A DNA stretch of 37,768 bases from Bifidobacterium breve (GCA_945885645.1 CAMCYV010000002.1:1-37768); one strand, 5' to 3'; positions 1-8,302 are shown, numbered from the stretch's first letter. Notes: generated from the sequence alone by a model not told the origin. Translations and numbers: made by a program.

Positions 1-554
1 CTGGAGTCAGCCGGGGCAGCGTCATCGGTTCGCACCAATACCGCGACGAGCGTCGAGGAACCACCATTTGTCAGCCACATCTTTTGACCATTGAGCAAGT
101 AACCATCAGCGTTTTTGACTGCTTTTGAAGTAATTGCGGAGACGTCGGACCCGCAGTTGGGCTCGCTCATGCTGAAAGCTCCGCGCACTTCGCCGGTCGC
201 CATGCGCGGTAGGTATTTTTCCTTTTGCTCAGCCGTTCCGTGGTGCATCAGCATGTAGGCAACGATGAAGTGGGTGTTGATCACGCCGCTGACAGGCATC
301 CAGCCACGTGCAATTTCTTCGACCACGAGGGAGTAGGTCAGCAGGGACTCACCGAGGCCGCCGTACTCCTCAGGGATCATCAATCCAAAGACGCCAAGTT
401 CTTTGAGGCCATCAACAATGGCCTGCGGGTACTCGTCGGCGTGCTCAAGCTTGTTAGCAACCGGGATTATCTCGTTGTTCGTAAAGTCGTGAACCGCGCT
501 CAAAATCTCTTTCTGAATGTCGGTGAGTCCTTCGGTGTATGCCAAGCGTGTCAT
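1..554 (-). CDS. Acyl-CoA dehydrogenase, N-terminal part only (gene continues past the left window edge)
   Basis: It is absent from the ORF track because it runs off the edge. Reverse-complement reading from ATG 554..552 is open to position 1. The translation is MTRLAYTEGLTDIQKEILSAVHDFTNNEIIPVANKLEHADEYPQAIVDGLKELGVFGLMIPEEYGGLG...GAFSMSEPNCGSDVSAITSKAVKNADGYLLNGQKMWLTNGG, typical of ACAD N-terminal and middle domains. An AAGGA Shine-Dalgarno lies 5 nt upstream. The gene starts 23 nt downstream of the CitE-like stop, so an operon is likely. Confidence 0.85.
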   Translation of the reverse strand, partial: MTRLAYTEGLTDIQKEILSAVHDFTNNEIIPVANKLEHADEYPQAIVDGLKELGVFGLMIPEEYGGLGESLLTYSLVVEEIARGWMPVSGVINTHFIVAYMLMHHGTAEQKEKYLPRMATGEVRGAFSMSEPNCGSDVSAITSKAVKNADGYLLNGQKMWLTNGGSSTLVAVLVRTDDAAPADS

Positions 555-577
555 GATGGTCCTTTATTCGGTTACAG

Positions 578-1543
578 TTATTCGGGTACGGTGAATTGTT
601 GTGTTCGAGTTAGGCCAGCCGCCCTACCTTTGGCTGCCATTACCAAAGCCATTTTGCGAGATGCTTCATCGATCATTTCATCGCCGAGCATCGCTGCACC
701 TTTTGCTCCACCGCTAGCCGAAGTGAAGTACTCGTAGGCATCGAGGATCATTTCGGCGTGGTCGTAGTCCGACTGATCCGGTGAGTAAATTTCGTTTGCC
801 GCATCGACTTGGCCCGGGTGCAGGGCCCATTTGCCGTCGAATCCAAGCGCTGCCGAGCGAGATGCAACGCGACGGAATCCATCAACATCTTTGATTTGCA
901 GGTATGGGCCATCAATCGCCTGCTTGTTGTAGGCACGGGCTGCCATCAGGATTCGCATCAAGATGTAGTGGTAAGCGTCACCGGCGTCATAGCCGGGAGG
1001 CTGCTCACCGACGACAAGTGATTTCATATTGATACTCGCCATAAAGTCGGCTGGGCCAAAAATAATGGTTTCAACACGAGGACTGGCTTGCGCGATTGCG
1101 TCAACGTTGATGAGCCCAAGCGCATTTTCAATTTGGGCTTCGATCCCAATCCGTCCCACCTCGAGACCATTTGATTTCTCGAGTTGGGTGAGCAGTAGAT
1201 CGAGGGCAATAATCTGGTCGGCCGTCTGAACTTTCGGCAACATAATCGCATCAAGGTTGGCGCCCGCACCTTCAACAACTTCAATGACGTCGGCATAAGT
1301 CCACTGAGTCGTCCAGTCATTCACGCGGACTGAGCGGATCTTGCCGTCGTATCCACCTTCATTAAGCGCATTGACGATGTTCTTGCGGGCTTGCGGCTTG
1401 GCCAAGGGCGCCACGGCATCTTCGATGTCCATGAAAACTTGATCAACAGGCAGGGTGCGCGCCTTGTCGAGCATTTTCTCGCTACTTCCCGGTACCGCGA
1501 GATTGGATCGACGGGGGCGCAACGCTCGTTCCGTATTTGACAT
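578..1543 (-). CDS. CoA-ester lyase of the HpcH/HpaI-CitE family (malyl-CoA lyase-like clade)
   Basis: 321-aa ORF. The motifs RPRRSNLAVPGS, FMDIEDAVAP, AIMLPKV, IDGPY..D.DGFRR...RSAALGFDGKWALHPGQV align along the whole length with what I remember of L-malyl-CoA/beta-methylmalyl-CoA lyases and CitE-like proteins. Confidence 0.85.
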   Translation of the reverse strand: MSNTERALRPRRSNLAVPGSSEKMLDKARTLPVDQVFMDIEDAVAPLAKPQARKNIVNALNEGGYDGKIRSVRVNDWTTQWTYADVIEVVEGAGANLDAIMLPKVQTADQIIALDLLLTQLEKSNGLEVGRIGIEAQIENALGLINVDAIAQASPRVETIIFGPADFMASINMKSLVVGEQPPGYDAGDAYHYILMRILMAARAYNKQAIDGPYLQIKDVDGFRRVASRSAALGFDGKWALHPGQVDAANEIYSPDQSDYDHAEMILDAYEYFTSASGGAKGAAMLGDEMIDEASRKMALVMAAKGRAAGLTRTQQFTVPE

Positions 1544-1549
1544 GAATGA

Positions 1550-1555
1550 ACATTA
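1550..1555 (-). promoter_or_regulatory. -10 hexamer TAATGT exactly 6 nt upstream of the CitE-like ATG (predicted leaderless promoter)
   Basis: The minus strand reads gcgcTAATGTtcattcATG. There is no Shine-Dalgarno. Confidence 0.55.
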
Positions 1556-1657
1556 GCGCACACCTAATTATCGCGCTCACGAGAACTTTGAGGGTTAGGT
1601 CACACCATCACTCCTGAAGAAAAAGCCGGGATTCCCCACCGGGGTAGGCACTCTCGC

Positions 1658-2620
1658 TTAAATCGGTGATGTCTCCATCGGGATCTCACTCTTCGGGTTT
1701 GACCTAATCACGAGGACAACACCGGCAATGATTAATGCCGCGGCCGGGTAGATCGCGATCGGTGGGGTTTGCCCCAACCAAATCGCAGCAGCCAATGCCG
1801 CCCCCGGCATCTCAAATAAAATTGCAAGTGAAACGAATGTGGCCGATGAGTTCGCCAACACTTTGTTCATTAACGTGTGACCCAGCAACTGCGCGCCTAA
1901 GGTGATCGCGAGAATCATGAGCCACGCATCAAGACCAAAACCGACTAGATCTTGTTGAAAAACAAACATCATCGGCAGGATGGTTAACGCTGCAATTCCA
2001 TACAGCGGGAATGTCATGGTTGCAGTTGGCACACTCTTTCGCACTTCAGCACTGACCGAGACGTATGCAGCCGCAAGAATTGCACCCGCCAAAGCAAGTG
2101 CATCGCCAATGAGATGTCTGGTATCAATGCGAATATCAATACCCGTCAATACCAATACTCCGGATAGTGCAATCCAAATTCCAATCCACGAACCGCGACT
2201 GATCCGCACCCCTCGAGCTCTGGCGATGAATGCGGCCCAGATCGGTTGGGTTGCCACCAGCGCTGTTGAGGCGGCAACAGATGTGAAGACGAGAGAAGGA
2301 ATCCAGGTAGCAAAGTGAAGACCCAGGAATGCCCCGGACATTGCCGTGAGTCGCCACTCTCGACGCGTCAAGGATCGAAATGATTCCCGCTCTCTTAGGC
2401 CCACCCACAGTCCCGTAATGCCGCTCCCGATCAGGCAGCGCCAAAAGGCAATCGCGAGAACCGGTGCGGCCGTGGCGACGATCATGGGGCCACTGAGTGC
2501 AAGGAAAACGATGGCAACAGCTAGGGAAATTAAGTCACCTCTGGGAGGCAGACCAAGGTCCACCGATCCGCGATCGCTCCCTCTTTGCACGGCGGCTCCC
2601 ACAGGTGAAGCCAACACCAT
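1658..2620 (-). CDS. EamA/DMT-family permease (10-TM drug/metabolite transporter)
   Basis: 320-aa, highly hydrophobic ORF with two repeated roughly 5-TM halves typical of EamA domains. A G-rich Shine-Dalgarno lies upstream of ATG 2620. The exact start is uncertain. Confidence 0.75.
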   Translation of the reverse strand: MVLASPVGAAVQRGSDRGSVDLGLPPRGDLISLAVAIVFLALSGPMIVATAAPVLAIAFWRCLIGSGITGLWVGLRERESFRSLTRREWRLTAMSGAFLGLHFATWIPSLVFTSVAASTALVATQPIWAAFIARARGVRISRGSWIGIWIALSGVLVLTGIDIRIDTRHLIGDALALAGAILAAAYVSVSAEVRKSVPTATMTFPLYGIAALTILPMMFVFQQDLVGFGLDAWLMILAITLGAQLLGHTLMNKVLANSSATFVSLAILFEMPGAALAAAIWLGQTPPIAIYPAAALIIAGVVLVIRSNPKSEIPMETSPI

Positions 2621-2676
2621 TGGCCCGACCCCCCTGCAATCAGCCCAACAGGTTTTTTGTAGGAAGCATTAAGCGG

Positions 2677-2682
2677 TACCCT
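2677..2682 (+). promoter_or_regulatory. -10 hexamer TACCCT, 6 nt upstream of GTG 2689 (leaderless MgtE_N/CBS operon promoter)
   Basis: The sequence reads gcggTACCCTgcgcagGTG. There is no Shine-Dalgarno. Confidence 0.5.
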
Positions 2683-2688
2683 GCGCAG

Positions 2689-3960
2689 GTGAGCACAAAT
2701 CCGCGAGTCTTCCTCGCCCGGCTGAATGGCATTGGGGTATTTGACCCCAATGGCGACCAAGTGGGCAAAGTGCGTGATGCAATTGTCATTTTGCGAACCG
2801 GAACCCTGCCCGCGCGGCTCACCGGCTTAGTTGTTGAGGTCCCCCCACGTCGCCGAATTTTTGTTCCCATGAGCAAGGTCACCACAATTGACTCGGGTCA
2901 AATTATTGTTACAGGAACAGTGAACCTACGCCGGTTCGAACAGCGCAAAAATGAAACGCTAGTCACCGCGGAACTACTCGACCGGACCGTCGCATTACAT
3001 GCCTCGGGTGATCCCGTGACAATTCTTGACGTAAGCGTTGAACAGTCTCGCAGCCGCGAATGGTTGGTAGATCAACTTTTCGTGCGCAGAGCGACAGCAG
3101 GGTTTCGTCGCAGAGGCGAAAAGATGATCGTCGATTGGCACGATGTCACGAACATGTCACTCCCGGTTCCCGACCAAGCAGCAGAACAGCTGCTGGCAAC
3201 AATGGAGACCTTGCGCCCGGCTGACGTCGCATCCATGCTGCGCGACCTCACTCCCAAGCGACGAACTGAAATTGCCCGCGAACTCGACGACGAACGCCTG
3301 GCGGACGTTCTCGAAGAGATGACGGATCAGAATCGTGTTGAGATCTTGGAGGCCCTTGAATCAGAACGAGCAGCCGATATCTTGGAAGAAATGGATCCCG
3401 ATGACGCCGCCGACCTTATTTCTGAACTGGCACCCGAGCGCGCTGAAGATCTCCTGACCCGCATGGAACCTGACGGCGCCAACGATATTCGACGATTGTT
3501 GCGTTACGACGACTTTTCAGCCGGCGGCATGATGACAAGTGAACCGATAATCATGGCACCTTACGAAACTGTCGCCGATGCCCTCGCTCGAATCCGCAAT
3601 CCTGATCTCACGCCGGCACTTGCTTCACAGGTGTATGTCTGTCGAGCACCCACCGAAACTCCAACGGGGAAGTATCTGGGTGTCGCTCACTTTCAGCGGT
3701 TGTTACGCGAACCACCATCGTCTTTAGTATCCGCCCTTGTTGACACGACCCTTGAACCAATGCGCCCAGACACCCCCCTTTCCGTTGTCACCCGAAGCTT
3801 CGCCAACTACAACTTGGTGGCACTGCCGGTTGTTGACGAAAATGGTTCACTCGTCGGGGCCGTTACCTTCGATGACCTTGTCGACCACATGTTGCCAGAG
3901 GGTTGGCGGGAAGCACCTGACGGCTGGGAACCCGATGAATCGGCGGTGAACAATGGCTAA
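2689..3960 (+). CDS. Soluble PRC-barrel / MgtE-N / CBS-pair protein (MgtE cytosolic sensor module without the MgtE pore domain)
   Basis: The ORF-track frame starts at 2497 but would overlap the EamA gene. GTG 2689 gives VSTNPRVFLARLNGIGVFDPNGDQVGKV (PRC-barrel-like). An acidic helical MgtE_N-like region follows (LADVLEEMTDQNRVEILEALESERAADILEEMDPDDAADLISEL), then two CBS motifs. The protein ends ...DHMLPEGW... with no TM helices. TACCCT lies 6 nt upstream of the GTG. Confidence 0.8.
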   Translation: MSTNPRVFLARLNGIGVFDPNGDQVGKVRDAIVILRTGTLPARLTGLVVEVPPRRRIFVPMSKVTTIDSGQIIVTGTVNLRRFEQRKNETLVTAELLDRTVALHASGDPVTILDVSVEQSRSREWLVDQLFVRRATAGFRRRGEKMIVDWHDVTNMSLPVPDQAAEQLLATMETLRPADVASMLRDLTPKRRTEIARELDDERLADVLEEMTDQNRVEILEALESERAADILEEMDPDDAADLISELAPERAEDLLTRMEPDGANDIRRLLRYDDFSAGGMMTSEPIIMAPYETVADALARIRNPDLTPALASQVYVCRAPTETPTGKYLGVAHFQRLLREPPSSLVSALVDTTLEPMRPDTPLSVVTRSFANYNLVALPVVDENGSLVGAVTFDDLVDHMLPEGWREAPDGWEPDESAVNNG

Positions 3961-4516
3961 TTCACCGATGGAGCCCGGTCGCAAGCGACGATTGGACCAG
4001 CCACTAGAACGCGGTCGCACCATGCGCCCGAGTTATGACCCTGAAGTTTTTGGAGCAATGTCTGAGCGGGTTGCGCGGTATATCGGGTCTTGGTCATTTA
4101 TTGCTTGGATGACAGCGGTAGTTGTTACCTGGATCGGCTGGAATGTCCTTGCTCCTGATAATTTAAAGCCCGATATTTACCCATTCATTTTTCTCACCTT
4201 CCTGCTGTCGTTGCAAGCCTCCTACGCCGCGCCGCTTATTTTGCTGGCCCAGAACCGACAAGCTGACCGCGATCGAGTGCAATTCCAGGAAGACCGGACC
4301 CGAAATGAACGAATCCTGGCGGACAGTGATTACCTCGCTCGAGAAATCGCTGATGTCCGCGATGCGATGGGTGAATTAGCAACCCGAGACTATTTGCGTA
4401 GTGAACTGCGCGATCTACTCGAAGACATCGTTGATCGTCTCGATCGAATTGAAAGCGCTCAAAAGCCCTCGCCTACTCCCCCGATAGCATCAGAGCATGG
4501 ACTTAACCCGGAGTAA
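3953..4516 (+). CDS. DUF1003-family membrane protein
   Basis: 187 aa with two TM helices (SWSFIAWMTAVVVTWIGWNVLA and PYPFIFLTFLLSLQASYAAPLILL). The conserved LAQNRQADRDR motif follows, then a C-terminal coiled coil. The ATG overlaps the upstream stop (ATGGCTAA, 8-nt overlap). An alternative in-frame ATG is at 3968. Confidence 0.75.
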   Translation: MANSPMEPGRKRRLDQPLERGRTMRPSYDPEVFGAMSERVARYIGSWSFIAWMTAVVVTWIGWNVLAPDNLKPDIYPFIFLTFLLSLQASYAAPLILLAQNRQADRDRVQFQEDRTRNERILADSDYLAREIADVRDAMGELATRDYLRSELRDLLEDIVDRLDRIESAQKPSPTPPIASEHGLNPE

Positions 4517-5669
4517 ATCCGACGATTCTGAAACAAGTATCGACCTTGAAGCGGTTTACGCAGCACTTGCCGGTGTCGATGATCCCGAAATTAATCGGCC
4601 GATCACCGACCTCGGAATGGTGAAAGGCGTCCAGCTTTTCGGAAACGGTCTGGTTGAGGTCGGAATTTTCCTCACCGTCTCCGGGTGCCCCATGAAAACC
4701 ACTATCACGGATCGGGTTACCAACGCCGTTATGCAGGTTCCCGGTGTCCTCGAGGTAAAAGTTGAACTAGACGTGATGTCAGAAGAACAGCGCGGCAAAA
4801 TGCGCGAAACCCTCCGTGGAAAAGCTGAGAAAGAAATCCCCTTCAACAAACCGGGATCCCTCACAAAGGTTTTTGCAATTGCTTCTGGGAAAGGTGGGGT
4901 GGGCAAGTCCTCCGTGACGGCCAACCTGGCAGTTTCCCTCGTTCAACAGGGTTACACGGTGGGGCTTCTCGACGCTGATGTGTACGGCCACTCAATTCCT
5001 AAGATTCTCAATGCAATGACCCCCCCCACCATGGTGGATGGCTTGATCATGCCGCCACAGGGTAACGGTGTGCGGGTCATGTCCATGTTGTCTTTCAAAC
5101 CGGGCGGAATAGAGCAGGCTGTGGCCTTTCGGGGGCCAATGCTGCACCGCGCACTTGAACAATTCTTGACCGACGTTTGGTGGGGTGACTTGGATTTTCT
5201 GCTTCTGGATCTACCTCCTGGCACCGGGGACATAGCGTTATCAACCGCACAGTTACTGCCCCAAGCTGAACTGATTGTTGTTACCACTCCTCAACAAGGC
5301 GCTGCTGATGTCGCAATCCGGTCGGGAACACTTGCCGCACAGACGAATCAAAAAGTTTTCGGTGTGATCGAAAACATGAGCTCATTCCCTTGCCCTCATT
5401 GCGGTGAGCCAATTGATCTTTTTGGTGCCGGAGGCGGTCAAGCCTTAGCCGATGGACTCACCAAGACTCTCGGAACCAATATTCCACTTCTGGGAAATAT
5501 TCCATTCGATGTGCGTCTACGTGAAGGTGGAGACAAGGGTGAGCCCTTGGTAAGTGCATTTCCAGAATCTGATGCAGCGGTTTCGATCACTGCGATCGCC
5601 GCGCAACTCAGTGCTAAGCCACGCGGGCTCGCGGGCATGAGCCTTAACATCACACCCGCGGGACGTTAA
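4497..5669 (+). CDS. mrp: Mrp/ApbC-family Fe-S cluster carrier ATPase with N-terminal DUF59/MIP18-like domain
   Basis: 390 aa. The N-terminus has VDDPEINRPITDLGMVKG (DUF59-like). The deviant Walker A is ASGKGGVGKSS. CPHCGEP cluster-ligand cysteines are present. The start overlaps the DUF1003 gene by 20 nt. Confidence 0.9.
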   Translation: MDLTRSKSDDSETSIDLEAVYAALAGVDDPEINRPITDLGMVKGVQLFGNGLVEVGIFLTVSGCPMKTTITDRVTNAVMQVPGVLEVKVELDVMSEEQRGKMRETLRGKAEKEIPFNKPGSLTKVFAIASGKGGVGKSSVTANLAVSLVQQGYTVGLLDADVYGHSIPKILNAMTPPTMVDGLIMPPQGNGVRVMSMLSFKPGGIEQAVAFRGPMLHRALEQFLTDVWWGDLDFLLLDLPPGTGDIALSTAQLLPQAELIVVTTPQQGAADVAIRSGTLAAQTNQKVFGVIENMSSFPCPHCGEPIDLFGAGGGQALADGLTKTLGTNIPLLGNIPFDVRLREGGDKGEPLVSAFPESDAAVSITAIAAQLSAKPRGLAGMSLNITPAGR

Positions 5670-5679
5670 ACAACGAGCG

Positions 5680-6000
5680 CTACGTAGCGTCCGGGTCAAA
5701 CATTGGCTTATCGCTTTGGGCTGCCGGCTTAGTTTTCGCGGGTGGGGTGTCTTCGGCAAACAAGGAAGTCGCAATGTTTCGTGGGTGATACTCACCAAGA
5801 CTTTTCACTGTATTGATCGTGTCCTGCAAGTCCAACCCGGATGAGTCAGCAAGGTCCCTACGCGCGCTACCCGCCATTTCGCGGATTTGACGCAACCACT
5901 TGACCGCGTCAGCGGCCGCTTTCGGCAGCCTTTCTGGACCAAAAATCAGGAGCCCAAGCACACCGAGGGCGATCATCTCCCCGATTCCAATGTCAAACAC
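5680..6000 (-). CDS. tatB: Sec-independent (Tat) protein translocase subunit TatB
   Basis: 106 aa beginning (GTG) MFDIGIGEMIALGVLGLLIFGPERLPKAAADAVKWLRQIREMA, the classic TatA/B TM plus amphipathic helix. Its position downstream of htrA matches the actinobacterial htrA-tatB arrangement. Confidence 0.85.
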   Translation of the reverse strand: MFDIGIGEMIALGVLGLLIFGPERLPKAAADAVKWLRQIREMAGSARRDLADSSGLDLQDTINTVKSLGEYHPRNIATSLFAEDTPPAKTKPAAQSDKPMFDPDAT

Positions 6001-6006
6001 AGTGTT

Positions 6007-6012
6007 AGGTTA
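6007..6012 (-). promoter_or_regulatory. -10 hexamer TAACCT, 6 nt upstream of tatB GTG (possible internal leaderless promoter)
   Basis: The minus strand reads ggcgTAACCTaacactGTG. tatB has no Shine-Dalgarno. Confidence 0.45.
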
Positions 6013-6067
6013 CGCCGAACCTGATGGGCAAGATGAGTGAGGTTGGCAGTTCCACCCACCGATAGTG

Positions 6068-7225
6068 CTAGCCGATTGTGGTCGAGGAGCCCAAAGTCAA
6101 CGGAATAGTGGAATTCTGTCCCCTTCGGATAATCGATATTTCGATCTGCTCACCCGGGGCATAACTGCGAATTGCAACAACAAGTTCGGTTGAGTCAGCA
6201 ACTTGACGGCCATTAAACCCGGTAATCACGTCACCGACCCGTAATCCTGCTTGCTCCGCAGGTCCACCAGGAGTGATTTCGCTGATTTCGGCGCCGTCAC
6301 CGGTAAAGGCCGTGTTAAGAACCACACCAATGATCGGTGTCTGTGAATCACCCGTTGAAATTAACTCTTCAGCAATTCTTTTTGCGGTGTTGATCGGGAT
6401 GGCAAAACCAAGTCCAATGGATCCGGTCTCACCACCGATTGTTCCCGCCAAGGTCGCGATCGCCGAGTTGATTCCAATGACCCGTCCACCACCATCCAAT
6501 AGTGGGCCGCCCGAGTTTCCTGGATTGATCGCGGCATCGGTTTGTATTGCATTAATAAACGCCAGTTCGCCACTTCCGCCCGCGGTAACTGGCCGATCCA
6601 ATGAACTAATGATCCCCGAAGTTACAGTGCCGTTGAGTCCCAGTGGAGCGCCGATTGCAATTGCGACTTCACCGACGCGCACGGCACTCGAGTCACCAAG
6701 CACGGCCGCAGGCAATCCAGTTTTATCAACTTTAAGTACGGCTAGATCATAGGAAGAGTTACGACCCACAATCTTGGCAATTGCTTTTTCACCGTTTTCA
6801 AAAACAACAGTGAGTTCCCCACCGTCGGCTGCCGGAGCAGCTACGTGGTTATTCGTGAGAATGTAGCCGTCCGATTGAACGATAAAGCCCGAACCACTAC
6901 CCGATTCCTCGCCCGCCTCAATCAATATTGACACGACACTGGGTAACACTGATTCCGCAATTGCAGCAACATCAGTTGTACTCACGTTCACGACGTCGTC
7001 CAGTTGAGGCAACGAAATTGTATTTGTCTCGCCACCTGAATTCTGTTCCCCATTGGATCCGATCAAATATCCACCGAGGCCCGCAACACCACCGACGACG
7101 AGAGCGGTAATTGCCGAAACCAGGATCGTTCCCCAGACACCCAGCCCACGCTGCTTCGATGTACGAGCGGCAGGCCCGGGCCGCGCAGGGGGTGCGACGA
7201 AGTTGGTCGGGGGGAGTTCACTCAC
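6068..7225 (-). CDS. htrA: HtrA/DegP-family trypsin-like serine protease with N-terminal TM anchor and C-terminal PDZ domain
   Basis: Catalytic triad contexts are TNNHVAA (His), YDLAVLKV (Asp) and NPGNSGGPLLD (Ser). A PDZ-like tail is present (ISEITPGGPAEQAGLRVGDVITGFNG). The ORF track starts at GTG 7228. I prefer the adjacent GTG 7225 because TAGGCT then sits exactly 6 nt upstream. Confidence 0.9.
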   Translation of the reverse strand: MSELPPTNFVAPPARPGPAARTSKQRGLGVWGTILVSAITALVVGGVAGLGGYLIGSNGEQNSGGETNTISLPQLDDVVNVSTTDVAAIAESVLPSVVSILIEAGEESGSGSGFIVQSDGYILTNNHVAAPAADGGELTVVFENGEKAIAKIVGRNSSYDLAVLKVDKTGLPAAVLGDSSAVRVGEVAIAIGAPLGLNGTVTSGIISSLDRPVTAGGSGELAFINAIQTDAAINPGNSGGPLLDGGGRVIGINSAIATLAGTIGGETGSIGLGFAIPINTAKRIAEELISTGDSQTPIIGVVLNTAFTGDGAEISEITPGGPAEQAGLRVGDVITGFNGRQVADSTELVVAIRSYAPGEQIEISIIRRGQNSTIPLTLGSSTTIG

Positions 7226-7231
7226 CACGCA

Positions 7232-7237
7232 AGCCTA
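7232..7237 (-). promoter_or_regulatory. -10 hexamer TAGGCT, 6 nt upstream of htrA GTG 7225
   Basis: The minus strand reads cacgtTAGGCTtgcgtgGTGagt. Confidence 0.5.
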
Positions 7238-7290
7238 ACGTGCACTATGACCGGTGCCCGAGGGCTTACCACTAGGCTCCTGAGAGCATC

Positions 7291-7296
7291 TATACT
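7291..7296 (+). promoter_or_regulatory. Candidate -10 TATACT for the O-methyltransferase (leadered, Shine-Dalgarno-containing mRNA)
   Basis: TATACT lies 28 nt upstream of ATG 7325, with AGGAG between them. TTACCA lies 19 nt upstream as a weak -35. Confidence 0.35.
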
Positions 7297-7324
7297 CGAA
7301 GTCACCCGTCTCGCAAGGAGTGAA

Positions 7325-7984
7325 ATGTCTTATTCAGCGATTACACCCGGCGCTGCCGACTACACGGAGAATTACCTTGGTGAGTTTGACGCCGAACACG
7401 CAAGCGAATTGCGAGACGCCAGATTACAGGCTGCCGACCTAGGGCTCGAGTGCGTTAGTGCCCAAGTTGCATCCCTTCTGGAACTACTGGCAGCCTCAAT
7501 CCAAGCTCAGGCAATCATTGAAGTAGGCACGGGAACCGGTATCTCAGGCGCTGCGCTCCTTGAAGGCATGAAGGCTGGCGGCGTCCTCACCAGCATTGAT
7601 CTTGAGGCTGAATACCAACGTCATGCCAAAGATCTATTCACCAGCCTCGGATGCCCATCCAACCGCATGAGACTCATTGCGGGGCGTGCACTTGACGTGC
7701 TGCCCAGATTTTCCGACGGTGCATACGACCTCATTTTTATCGATGCTGATGCGGGGGAATACCCCATGATGCTCAACCAAGCGAAACGCCTGCTTCGCAT
7801 TGGTGGGCTAGTGATTTTCCATGGTGCATTTGCATCGGGAATGGCTGACCCAAGTGTTCGTGACTACGAGGCTACCGCGATGCGCGATGTTGCAACAGAA
7901 TTACGTTCTGACAGCGACTGGTTGTCTTCACTGCTCACAGTGGGCGAGGGGCTTTTCTTGGCCTCATTGCAAAACAGGGATTAA
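7325..7984 (+). CDS. Class I SAM-dependent O-methyltransferase (caffeoyl-CoA OMT-like)
   Basis: Contains IIEVGTGTGISG (SAM-binding motif I) and YDLIFIDADAGEY. The ATG at 7325 is preceded by AGGAG with 4-nt spacing. The longer track ORF from 7247 lacks a Shine-Dalgarno and has no homology support. Confidence 0.85.
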   Translation: MSYSAITPGAADYTENYLGEFDAEHASELRDARLQAADLGLECVSAQVASLLELLAASIQAQAIIEVGTGTGISGAALLEGMKAGGVLTSIDLEAEYQRHAKDLFTSLGCPSNRMRLIAGRALDVLPRFSDGAYDLIFIDADAGEYPMMLNQAKRLLRIGGLVIFHGAFASGMADPSVRDYEATAMRDVATELRSDSDWLSSLLTVGEGLFLASLQNRD

Positions 7985-7992
7985 CAACTGTT

Positions 7993-8160
7993 CTAGGCAA
8001 AAACTTCCAGTAGTTTGGCGCCCAATTCTTTTGCTTCATCAGCCTTAAGCTCAACAACGAGGCGTCCACCGCCCTCTAAAGGAACCCGCATTACATAGCT
8101 GCGAGCCTCTTTGGTGACCTCCATTGGTCCGTCTCCGGTACGTGGCTTCATCGCGGCCAT
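7993..8160 (-). CDS. DUF3117-family small conserved actinobacterial protein
   Basis: MAAMKPRTGDGPMEVTKEARSYVMRVPLEGGGRLVVELKADEAKELGAKLLEVFA closely matches my memory of the Rv1211-type DUF3117 proteins. A GGAAGGGG Shine-Dalgarno lies 8 nt upstream of ATG 8160. Confidence 0.85.
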   Translation of the reverse strand: MAAMKPRTGDGPMEVTKEARSYVMRVPLEGGGRLVVELKADEAKELGAKLLEVFA

Positions 8161-8302
8161 ATTCGTGTCCCCTTCCAGCCAAGTCATTGCAGCGCCATTG
8201 CGCCCATCAGGTGCCCGGGCACGCCCGGTTCGAAAGGCCCATTATTCCGCATGACCCGCTTCCGTAGCCACGCGCCCTCTCATTGACCTGATCGGCCCTC
8301 AT

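Noticed and set aside
6004-6023. IdeR/DtxR iron-box-like inverted repeat TTAGGTT-ACGCCG-AACCTGA just upstream of tatB
   Set aside because: The half-sites resemble TTAGGTTAGGCTAACCTAA, but the spacer is one nt too long and one arm has a mismatch. The location between htrA and tatB has no obvious link to iron. The sequence is better explained as containing the tatB TAACCT -10 box.
8211-8222. Perfect 12-bp palindrome GTGCCCGGGCAC in the gap upstream of the DUF3117 gene
   Set aside because: A 12-bp perfect palindrome has only 6 constrained positions, so roughly 9 are expected by chance in a window of this size. There is no second copy or known operator consensus. I do not consider it meaningful without conservation data.
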